A stretch of 64,000 bases of DNA. It comes from a virus. This document shows, in pieces, positions 10,701-16,379 of the stretch; position 1 is the first letter of the stretch, and each line of letters begins with the position of its first letter. The DNA lies in IMG/VR virus record IMGVR_UViG_3300032242_000488, positions 32,001-96,000 of that record, one strand, 5' to 3'. The notes beneath the pieces were generated by a model. It was not told where the DNA came from, searched no databases, and saw only the letters and a list, made by a program, of their open reading frames with translations. A program made the translations under genes and the position numbers.

Positions 10701-12453
10701 CGGATCTATAACAAGTACTATGATTGCTGATGGTACTATTGTTAACGGCGACATCAATGCAAGTGCGGCCATTGCATACAGCAAACTAAGTTTAGGTAAT
10801 AGTATTGTCAATGCTGACGTTAACTCGGCGGCGGCCATTGCATACAGCAAACTAAGTTTAGGTAATAGTATTGTCAATAGTGATGTCAGTACTTCTGCCG
10901 CTATTGCCTATAGCAAATTAAATCTATCAGCAAGTATTGTCAATGCCGATATTAGTGCAACAGCGGCTATCGCAACAAGTAAGATCAGCGGCCTGGCAGC
11001 ATCTGCAACTACTGACACTACTAACGCTGGTAATATTACTAGCGGTACTTTACCAAATGCACGATTAAGTTCTGTTCCAAACTCTGCCCTAGCCTATAGT
11101 AGTGTCACTATTGGGTCAACTCCTATTAGTCTAGGTAGTTCAAGCACTACACTAGCCGGATTGTCTAGTGTAACATCGACTACATTTATTGGAGCATTAA
11201 GTGGCAATGCTACTACAGCAACCAACGGAGTTGTTACTACAGGTAGTTATAGTGACCCAAGTTGGTTAACCATTAGCAAGAGCAAAGTTGGCTTAGGTAA
11301 CGTTGATAATACTGCTGATGCAAACAAATCAGTTAACTATGCAACTAGTGCAGGTAGTGCAGGTAACGCAACTACAGCCGGCGGTTTAGCAGTGGCCACT
11401 GGTCGCAATAATAGTGCTAATCAAATTGTGCGTACAGATGGTAATGGTTATTTACAAACAGGTTACATCAACTCTAGCAACGGTGATGAGGGCAATAATA
11501 GTAGCCCAAGTAGAGTCTGGGGTACAAATGGTAGTGATAGTTATCTACGTACATACTTAACTAGTGCGCTAAGTGTTAGCTATGCGGCATCTGCTGGTGC
11601 AGTAGCATGGAGTAGTGTAAGTGGCAAACCAACCACAGTCAGTGGTTTTGGAATTACTGATGCAATTACTACAAGCAATATTGGTTCGCAATCAGTTAAC
11701 TATGCTACTAGTGCAGGCAGTGTAAGCGGTACTGTGGCTCGTGCAACCCTAGCAGATAATGCAACCAATGCGACTAGCGCAAATAACGCAACCTATGCAC
11801 GTTATGTTTATGACAACGGCACCTACAGCGGCGGTGCCGCTTATAGAGAACCATCTGGTATGTATGTTGCCTATGCGGCATCAGCAGGTAGTGCTCCGGC
11901 TAGTGACGTCTACTCTTGGGCTAAACAACCTAACCCACCTGCGTCAGGTACTGCAACCTATGTAGGTGCTAGTGGATATAGTGCTGTGTCAGGAACAGTT
12001 ACCTTAGCAGGCAGTGGTGGAACTAGTGTTACACAAAGTGGTAACACCATTTATATTTCATCCAATACTACTGCGGTATACGCGGCTGACTTGGCTGAAA
12101 ATTATCAAGCAGATGCAGTCTATGAACCCGGAACTGTGCTAATGTTTGGTGGAGAGTTTGAAGTAACTCTAGCAGACGAAGATACTATTCGAGTTGCTGG
12201 TATTGTTTCCACAGACCCTGCTTACTTGATGAACATTGGATTAGAAGGTGATCGTGTTGTTGCTCTTGCGCTGACTGGTCGTGTACCATGTAAGGTTAAA
12301 GGCAAGATCCGCAAGGGCGATATGTTAGTTTCCGCTGGCGGCGGATATGCCCGTGCTACTGATAACCCAAAACTAGGCGCAATCATTGGAAAAGCACTAG
12401 AAGACTTCGACGGCGAAGAAGGTGTTATCGAAGTAGTAGTAGGAAGAATTTAA
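1720..12453 (+). CDS. Giant tail fibre / virion structural protein (3577 aa) with C-terminal intramolecular chaperone (peptidase G2-like) domain
   Basis: Two GQIRFN...FEGY.G..W..LGG repeats, beta-helix signatures (GDDGNDG...VRTLKRAL; SAGNYVEDNP), multiple C.RD.GLIIDA helical repeats, HG[FL]..GD modules, a T/S/G/A-rich shaft and C-terminal ADLAENY.AD...GRVPCKV.G.IRKGDMLV...IIGKALE. Confidence 0.85.
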   Translation: MSVISADAFRRIVLVDNLGTTQPALRADDRSDTLTIRAGQGITILKDEGDVNAGFTIYNTGDPGPTSFDDILEVATIGQRPQPPGVSWKAVEVGKLTVQDYLPDNITKTTRMVYSGHGLQAPTNTNISLKVTGSGIIIVDGTTALQLPIGDTASRPGTTIGTVQAGQIRFNSEIPRFEGYDGRGWNTLGGVSSIDGGTTIAPDPTLPILNFNANGYLVATMSSLNTKIFSPGLVIPTGTTAERPPALVGQIRFNTQNTQFEGYNGSGWSSLGGVRDIAGNTYIIPELGPGTHENTLYFVTNANLALTLDGSRLSLQNGRALTFREGIASGNQTATISPPDNITSSYNLKLPTSLGPAGSVLSVDGTGQLAFVNSDSGAGSKINVSDIYGDDGNDGFSRPVRTLKRALQIASGYVYSPTFIYEEAVCRRDAGLIIDSLGWDLVTGSNWRSQKSGLTYYNATASTVVTSQKAQTIQAVSFLKRKVLDLTTANLTATTTLTSRANEIIAILTNGVGAASAVSMPTPAGTASGISNAKDLLLANRDFLVAETIAWINYQAANNILPFDKSIIYDQTKCRRDTGLILDAVGFDIALGTNYNAVTTGLAYQRYSYATLPAQKTVTLSAINYAKSSVLALAGVSADTTATSRAGAAFNEIIDIITNGVVNTSTSADTLIFPTPTGASPNKTHAKDQLVANKDFLKAEIIAWLNLNYPSVAVDPTSFSRDTGLIIDALCYDILYDGNSASITVAQSYFLTNGSQVIPLYQRAATVAAFNRLTEIAQQVIIKDAVQVTAGNTVSQDISNLAGSSTETGAVATLISYITSCITANTTAGLPSVTLPSVTWAASALQTAKTSIASARSTIVEGTISYINSSNPFTYNSDKCARDTAFIVNSVTYDLIYGGNSQSLDAGLKYYSSVTGLTLIGSQNVQTAAALERLRTVSIQIAQNIAVTKTSGNTQNQVTGSAGSSAAAAIVSARLSEIIAVVGSGVSYAPALQDPTLTIDPTLGAIQTTITNSKDRIADNVVAYTSNYKPNGKKIVIQVSAGNYVEDNPVIIPDNTTVKGASLRACDIRPLNANQDMFRLRNGSYFGEFTFRDAVDDRGVPVYTFDYSIAFDDATDINTDRLGYINMPISKPIISVSPYIQNVSILSFLGGNGVKVDGNLVETPNIPIIRETAEYPLSGPAPEQGKSMVANAFTTLSFGGTGWRVINDAYAQIVSCFQIFMLNGSYAQSGGYLSITNSATNFGVYALRASGYSPNAFAFDKGYIASTGTSNSKQTLTTLGFGRQPTQDYVIRVRSPNYKIAYDLLLASKLSIQNATISWINSHYPSLVYNNSTCFRDVGLIIDAVAFDTFTGGNSRSVEATTSYYKGSTSSQIVITGQLTETIAAINYARGLALTAVSNTGLGSYVGTKFDIITAGLADPAGVPTSVAYSSVGDITNSYKPASVTVSFDAATNVNPTLDTITVIAHGFTNGQGIVYNSNGNTDLPGLNNEQTYYVSYVDQDSFRLTFDDSGSVSVNIRATGTGTHVFFKNIQEFYVDEILDSHHTYQQLTLQAGSYNFVPGSSITGVTGTSTNNAFVYSYDPIGYKLIISLNKVTVGASVIRNAFAANSTIDSDNGAPATHNIVVSDVSAINNLYSATFSIQGTTGNGQLTNLNTLANKQIWLHRPSIVNSSGHTWEYAGSGIDYNALPQNGGQSIYKYEQYSDLPGRVYSSGTNELGDFKVGDFIKAENKTGNVSFTNKVSVAQLDALRLAVGNIVIDFISDDVGLGDNEPGGASNSRLTTQLAIRTFLSNRLGGFIDKAVSTNAVPGAVIQLNSSGQINPDLLPAVRAFNSAKSKGFYSRLSLVEEVPAYDFLNGDIVTEEYSTVQLTLSANITALQGATVTQAVTGVSAYLISDIIASNVITVASPTANFSANFNTVNNLTIAGNATPGVGGVAVRPTLVGTVASNVPANYVLSNANEGQYLKLVATGSYSFTNGAIITSANDNIQGTVTSTRYGVIATVDNASITPGSGYTPLSGTVTYSLVPLTNITSSGSGATADITVTNGVVTSVDVRRGGLSYAVGDVLSASTPSLGGTGSGFRIPVTTIEKRVYVSLLGGERFTATLASPNFIADNNAPVKAITASGTITKSFNAQSTGLGGNVDYTSSRITITTHGFSDGDPVKYVSSPNTAIDPLVNATIYYAKRYDANTIELYKDYSLIQKVIFTGSSTGTHTLTIFNVNILDDSFYYAGHGLVTGDPVRLTGSSLPVSNGTAIVTGTFFFVGSVTTNSFTIHAARSEALSSINGLFTNKIPLDTTGSGTLSFTKQNVQVYGTTNTSSTNPANWSPLSATTIDASSITGGVISTSRLAGSGSANNSTYLRGDSQWHTAVQSIFEDGTPITLTGSYTTTNSKNYYYGDVQIDIEKVDNISGDDNYTNLGVAKFRKTQFAVGTSISAGEVYIKDGVVDAGTLDSLDSSYFLNPANLTSNVPVTRGGTNIGSYGVGDILYASATSILSKVPIGPSNTILTSDGTKPSWQSSLTVDGALTIGSTADQALIVTTGGAQIGGNIWIGKNAYLTGDLNVTGNVNIKGSILTINSTTVNVDDKNIELGSVSTIMGLSGTISGNTVAGLLDTTGLVSGMKLVKTTGAGAFGGDTVINTVVNPTTITIIPTTTNTNGVITFDVLAATNATADGGGITLKGTTDKTFNWVNSTSAWTSSEHMNLASSKEYRIGNVAVLTSTKVLGKLPGGTSSGDLVDIDSAQTLTNKTLTNPIISGTNTSITSIGTLAIRDASAAYDVTLAANSSTALTAGRTLTFDMVNAARTIKLGGNLTLANNFTTVGNAITLNVSGATSVTVPTTGTLATLDGAETFTNKTLTSPVIGTIVNTGTLTLPTSTDTIVGRATTDTLSNKTLTLPKINNTDASFTYNFAVGAINANRTITLPVLTGNDTFAFTGQAQTFTNKTFTDASTYFQDEGDTTKKLQFQLSGITSGVTRTMTIPDVNGTIVTTGDTGSITSTMIADGTIVNGDINASAAIAYSKLSLGNSIVNADVNSAAAIAYSKLSLGNSIVNSDVSTSAAIAYSKLNLSASIVNADISATAAIATSKISGLAASATTDTTNAGNITSGTLPNARLSSVPNSALAYSSVTIGSTPISLGSSSTTLAGLSSVTSTTFIGALSGNATTATNGVVTTGSYSDPSWLTISKSKVGLGNVDNTADANKSVNYATSAGSAGNATTAGGLAVATGRNNSANQIVRTDGNGYLQTGYINSSNGDEGNNSSPSRVWGTNGSDSYLRTYLTSALSVSYAASAGAVAWSSVSGKPTTVSGFGITDAITTSNIGSQSVNYATSAGSVSGTVARATLADNATNATSANNATYARYVYDNGTYSGGAAYREPSGMYVAYAASAGSAPASDVYSWAKQPNPPASGTATYVGASGYSAVSGTVTLAGSGGTSVTQSGNTIYISSNTTAVYAADLAENYQADAVYEPGTVLMFGGEFEVTLADEDTIRVAGIVSTDPAYLMNIGLEGDRVVALALTGRVPCKVKGKIRKGDMLVSAGGGYARATDNPKLGAIIGKALEDFDGEEGVIEVVVGRI
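10735..10985 (+). repeat. 66-bp (22-aa) tandem repeat within the giant fibre gene, about 4 units
   Basis: IVN.D....AAIAYSKL.L..S x4; 48 bp are identical at 10765-10812 and 10831-10878. Confidence 0.9.
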
Positions 12454-12455
12454 AC

Positions 12456-12463
12456 GATAAATA
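12456..12463 (+). promoter_or_regulatory. T4-late-like promoter box GATAAATA
   Basis: Intergenic, upstream of ORF 12482. Confidence 0.7.
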
Positions 12464-12481
12464 TTCTAAAGAGAACTGATT

Positions 12482-14005
12482 ATGAGCCAATTGCTTTCCA
12501 TTGTTGATGATAAAATTGTTATTGAAAAACTAAGTCTAAAATATCTAGACGGCAACACCATGCACGTCGGAAACATGGATATCAAAGGCGGATTAAAAGT
12601 TGTTCAAAGTGTATCTTTTGACACTGATCTAAGAGTACGCGGCACACTAGATGTAGATACAATCAATGTTAAAAATCTCAACAGAGGAGATGCTAGTCAA
12701 TTAGATGCATTTACATTTAGTGCAGAAGCAGAGTCAGGGCTAGACGGTCGAGGCGTAGTTTGGGGAGTCGGCGATAATCATTATCAATTGGTTTTTAAAG
12801 CAGAGCCTCGAAGAATTTATTCAAGTGAGTCATTTGATATTGATAAAAATGCTCGATATCAGATTGACGGTATTGATGTATTGTTAAAAGACAGCTTGGG
12901 TAGTTCAATTAAACGATCAAAGCTAACTGAAGTTGGCACCCTTACAGGCTTAGAAGTAGACGGTAATACCAATCTAGGCAATGTGGTTATAGTAAACAGT
13001 TACCTTAATCGTGTAGGTGTTAACACTGAGATTCCAAATGCCGCGTTCAGCGTTATGGAAAATGGCATTGAGATTGTTGTTGGTACTGAGGACAATCGTG
13101 CTATCATTGGAACTTGGGGTAATCAAACATTAGATATTGTCACTGATAATACTTCTAGAATTAATATCCAAGGCAATACGGTAACATTTGGCAGCGAAGC
13201 TAGCAAAAACGCACAGGTTAAGATCAACGGAACACTGACTGTAGACAGTATCATTAGTGATGTGCGAGTTGAAAGAACTGCTCCTATTGAATTTTTAGAA
13301 GACAATAATAATAGTGTTTATAGCAAGGGATTAATTTGGAAAACCAAAGGAGCAGTGGCTAGACAGTTTTTCTTAATGCCAAATCCTGATAGATTCTACA
13401 GTACAGAATCAATCGACCTTGCTAGCGGAAACTATTTTAGTATTGGTAAGAATTTAGTTATTAGTGAAACAGCCATAGGAGAAGGTGTTAAAAACAGTAG
13501 TTTAGAAACACTAGGCACACTATCAAGTCTAACAGTTGGTGGTGATGTCAATCTAAGCGATGCTATAAAAGTTATTAGCTCAGAAGCCATTGCCAATAGA
13601 TCATTTACTGTGGCATCAGGGGAAGTAACTCTTAGATTAAATGCCGACAGTATCAATGCTAGCGATAGCATTAGAGTGTTTGTCAAAGACACACAAGAAT
13701 TAGCAGTTACCAATACAGGTATAACTATCGGTAACAAAAACAATACTTCTAGAACCATAAACGCATATGGTAAACTAGCAGTAAATATTACTCATCCAGA
13801 CCCAGATGCGGCATTTAGCGTTGAAGGTCCGGTAGTAATGAACGGCAAAAAGTTTGTAACCACAGATGCTATGCCAACCTCAGGCGAATGGTCAGTGGGT
13901 GACATTGCTTGGAACTCTACTCCACAAACAGCCAGCTACATCGGTTGGGTATGTGTGGCTAGCGGCAATCCTGGTATTTGGAAACCTTTTGGACAGATTG
14001 CCTAA
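12482..14005 (+). CDS. Tail fibre/tailspike-like protein (507 aa)
   Basis: Internal duplication (S.L..VGTL..L.V.G..NL) and C-terminal PTSGEWSVGDIAWNS.P....IGWVCV.SG.PG.WKPFG tip motif common in phage fibres. Confidence 0.7.
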   Translation: MSQLLSIVDDKIVIEKLSLKYLDGNTMHVGNMDIKGGLKVVQSVSFDTDLRVRGTLDVDTINVKNLNRGDASQLDAFTFSAEAESGLDGRGVVWGVGDNHYQLVFKAEPRRIYSSESFDIDKNARYQIDGIDVLLKDSLGSSIKRSKLTEVGTLTGLEVDGNTNLGNVVIVNSYLNRVGVNTEIPNAAFSVMENGIEIVVGTEDNRAIIGTWGNQTLDIVTDNTSRINIQGNTVTFGSEASKNAQVKINGTLTVDSIISDVRVERTAPIEFLEDNNNSVYSKGLIWKTKGAVARQFFLMPNPDRFYSTESIDLASGNYFSIGKNLVISETAIGEGVKNSSLETLGTLSSLTVGGDVNLSDAIKVISSEAIANRSFTVASGEVTLRLNADSINASDSIRVFVKDTQELAVTNTGITIGNKNNTSRTINAYGKLAVNITHPDPDAAFSVEGPVVMNGKKFVTTDAMPTSGEWSVGDIAWNSTPQTASYIGWVCVASGNPGIWKPFGQIA

Positions 14006-14014
14006 CCACAATCG

Positions 14015-14042
14015 TTGACTTTGTCTAATAAAAGTGTATAAT
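14015..14042 (+). promoter_or_regulatory. sigma70-type promoter for queD
   Basis: TTGACT (14015-20), 16 bp spacer, TATAAT (14037-42). Confidence 0.7.
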
Positions 14043-14058
14043 TATTAGACACACACAA

Positions 14059-14104
14059 AGAGGACTCTATGGCATCATCCCTCTATAAACACTCTGCAGT
14101 CATC
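14059..14104 (+). ncRNA. Candidate preQ1-I-like riboswitch / H-type pseudoknot in the queD leader
   Basis: AGAGG/CCTCT stem followed by an ATAAA tail as in preQ1-I aptamers. Loop ATGGC (14069-73) can pair with GTCAT (14099-103). Lies directly 5' of a preQ0-pathway gene. Confidence 0.5.
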
Positions 14105-14135
14105 AAACTTGCTACCTTAATAAAGGAGACTAGAG

Positions 14136-14651
14136 ATGGCAAAATTTTATTCAACAAAAACTTACGGCAACGATAGGGGTCTATCATGCTGTTTTAGACA
14201 GTGGAGAGCGACCCATAGTCACTGCTCAACACTTCACGGATACTCAATCGGTATTAAACTAATATTTGAATGCGATACACTAGATGACAAAAACTGGTGT
14301 ATGGACTTTGGTGGTCTTAAAGAATTCAAAGCATGGGCAGACTACATGTTTGATCACACTTTGGTAATTGCAGAAGATGATCCTCATCTAGAATTTTTCA
14401 ATGATATGAAAAACATATTCAGCAAAGATTCTGCCGATCCTACAAGCGATGTTCCTTATAAACGAGGAGCTATTTGCGATCTACGTATTGTAGAAGGTGT
14501 AGGCTGTGAAATGTTTGCCAAAATGGCCTACGACAAAATGGCTGAACTACTAGCGTCTGGAGACATGCGCTATCCAATCAATCCAACTGTAAGGGTTAAA
14601 TCTGTGGAAGTATTTGAACACGGTGCTAACTCAGCTACATACGAAGGTTAA
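14136..14651 (+). CDS. queD: 6-carboxy-5,6,7,8-tetrahydropterin synthase (QueD/PTPS family)
   Basis: C..LHGYS motif, MDFGGLK...FDH, terminal VEVFEHGANSA; AAGGAG SD. Confidence 0.9.
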   Translation: MAKFYSTKTYGNDRGLSCCFRQWRATHSHCSTLHGYSIGIKLIFECDTLDDKNWCMDFGGLKEFKAWADYMFDHTLVIAEDDPHLEFFNDMKNIFSKDSADPTSDVPYKRGAICDLRIVEGVGCEMFAKMAYDKMAELLASGDMRYPINPTVRVKSVEVFEHGANSATYEG

Positions 14652-14662
14652 CTCTTTCGGGC

Positions 14663-14709
14663 TTGACTTATATAGACATACATGCTATAATGCTGTATGT
14701 CTATTTTTT
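14663..14709 (+). promoter_or_regulatory. sigma70 promoter for uvsE overlapping an intrinsic terminator-like hairpin
   Basis: TTGACT (14663-68), 17 bp spacer, TATAAT (14686-91). An 11-bp inverted repeat ATAGACATACA/TGTATGTCTAT encloses the -10 box and is followed by a T-run. Confidence 0.75.
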
Positions 14710-14720
14710 GATTGGTTACT

Positions 14721-15749
14721 ATGATTAAGCGTATTGGATTTGCTTGTAAATGGATTGACGGTCCTAGCCAAATTAATGGCATTAAACAAACGGACACGGC
14801 TAAACAATACAACACAGGTACCACAACAGTAGCATGGCTTAAACGTCAAACACGTGATGTAGCAGAACAGAAATTATGGGACTTAATGGTAAGTAACATT
14901 GAAGCTACACAAAAACTCGTAGATCGAGTAGGAGAGTTAAATGAAAATCTTAGGATGGTTCGGCTTAGCAGTGATATTCTTCCTGTATACACTCAACCCG
15001 ACTTTAGCTACTTCTGGCGAAGAGCCGATGTTATTGACTATCTCGAGCGCAATTTTATCCTTGTTGGCGATAGTGCTCGTGCAAGCAATACCCGTCTTAG
15101 TATGCATCCTGGTCAGTTTACTGTGCTTGCTAGCATTGATCCGGGCATTGTCCAACGATCAATAGAGGAATTTGAATATCATGCTGATATGGCAAAATGG
15201 ATGGGTTATGGCCGCACCTTTCAGGACTTTAAGATCAACGTCCACATATCGGGTAGAGCCGGTCCCGAAGGTATTAGAAATGCCTACAAAAGACTTACCC
15301 CCGAAGCCAGGAATTGTATTACAATTGAAAACGAAGAAAACTCATGGGGGTTAGATGATTGCACTAGTCTTGGAGACATATTGCCTATTGTGCTTGATAT
15401 ACATCATCACTGGATTCGCGAAGGAGAGTACTTACTTCTCACCGATGATCGTGTTAGCAAGGTGCTTGATAGTTGGCGTGGTCTCCGCCCTACTATGCAT
15501 TATAGTCTTAGTCGTGAAGACGTTATTGTGGGGCATTCAACTACCAGTAGGCCAGACATGGCAACACTACTTCTAGAAGGCTACAAAAAACAAAAGCTCA
15601 GAGCACACTCTAACTTCTACTGGAATATTCCAGCAAACGAATGGGCATTGAGCTTTTTAGATCGCTTTGACATCATGTGTGAATCTAAAGCGAAAAACCT
15701 AGCAAGTGCTAGGCTATTCGATCAAGCTAAAGAACTAAGTCTTATTTAG
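14721..15749 (+). CDS. uvsE: UV damage endonuclease (UvsE/UVDE family)
   Basis: RIGFACK, RLSSDILP, RLSMHPGQF, IENEE, LDIHHH, RAHS and DIMCESKAKNLA motifs. ATG 14721 preferred over TTG 14712. Confidence 0.92.
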   Translation: MIKRIGFACKWIDGPSQINGIKQTDTAKQYNTGTTTVAWLKRQTRDVAEQKLWDLMVSNIEATQKLVDRVGELNENLRMVRLSSDILPVYTQPDFSYFWRRADVIDYLERNFILVGDSARASNTRLSMHPGQFTVLASIDPGIVQRSIEEFEYHADMAKWMGYGRTFQDFKINVHISGRAGPEGIRNAYKRLTPEARNCITIENEENSWGLDDCTSLGDILPIVLDIHHHWIREGEYLLLTDDRVSKVLDSWRGLRPTMHYSLSREDVIVGHSTTSRPDMATLLLEGYKKQKLRAHSNFYWNIPANEWALSFLDRFDIMCESKAKNLASARLFDQAKELSLI

Positions 15750-15996
15750 GTGCTTTTGGAGCACGTGGCTTTTTAGCCGCAGAAGCCTTTTTAGCAGCCG
15801 GTGCTTTCTTAGCGGCCGGCTTTTTCTTGGCTGGTGCTTCAGCTACTACCGGGATTGCTTCTGCTATAGGAGCAACTTCCACTGTTGGTGCCACTTCAAC
15901 TACTGGTGCTACTTCAACTTTATACTCAGCTACTGGAGCTGGTGTCTCTACAACTGCTGGTTTGCCTGTAAAGAACTCTTTGATTGCTTTGAACAT
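15742..15996 (-). CDS. Small P/A/V/E-repeat protein with a histone-H1-like Lys/Ala tail
   Basis: Strong AAGGAGG SD and perfect TATAAATA box (minus strand, 16020-27); VEVAP repeats followed by AKKKPAAKKAPAAKK. Confidence 0.75.
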   Translation of the reverse strand: MFKAIKEFFTGKPAVVETPAPVAEYKVEVAPVVEVAPTVEVAPIAEAIPVVAEAPAKKKPAAKKAPAAKKASAAKKPRAPKAPK

Positions 15997-16022
15997 TTTA
16001 ATGTCCTCCTTTGTTAGTTTAT

Positions 16023-16310
16023 TTATAATCTGCTAATATCATCTAGACTGCTAACGGGCGTGTCCCATATGTGTTTGCGTTCTACGCCACGTTTTTGGGC
16101 AAAGCGTTTGCTGTCACAGTTTTTACACACATGAAAATAGTTGTTGCTAAGTCTAGCGGGATCCATTGATCCTTTTAGTCTAGTAAAAACTTCTTTGCAG
16201 TTATCACAACGCAACACTACAATTGATCTCTTACGAACATACTCATGCTTATGCCCTAGTTTACTAGTTCTTTCATGAGTGGTTTTTTCTACATCTATTT
16301 TGATGAACAT
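16023..16310 (-). CDS. Small Zn-ribbon-like protein (CDNC...CKNC)
   Basis: Two CxxC pairs. Likely start is MFIKID at 16310, just downstream of a minus-strand TGTAAATA box (16316-23). Confidence 0.7.
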   Translation of the reverse strand: MFIKIDVEKTTHERTSKLGHKHEYVRKRSIVVLRCDNCKEVFTRLKGSMDPARLSNNYFHVCKNCDSKRFAQKRGVERKHIWDTPVSSLDDISRL

Positions 16311-16315
16311 ATAGC

Positions 16316-16351
16316 TATTTACATTAAGGTTATAAAACGGAAAGATAAATA
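16316..16351. promoter_or_regulatory. Divergent pair of late promoter boxes
   Basis: TGTAAATA on the minus strand (16316-23) and GATAAATA on the plus strand (16344-51). Confidence 0.7.
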
Positions 16352-16379
16352 TCATATACAAGACTTATTGGAGCATTCA

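Noticed and set aside
16275-16379. ORF-track starts at 16275 (also 34, 42696, 43151, 45598, 57338, 58631)
   Set aside because: Upstream extensions overlap other genes or promoters. Downstream ATG/GTG codons with an SD or translational coupling match the expected protein N-termini.
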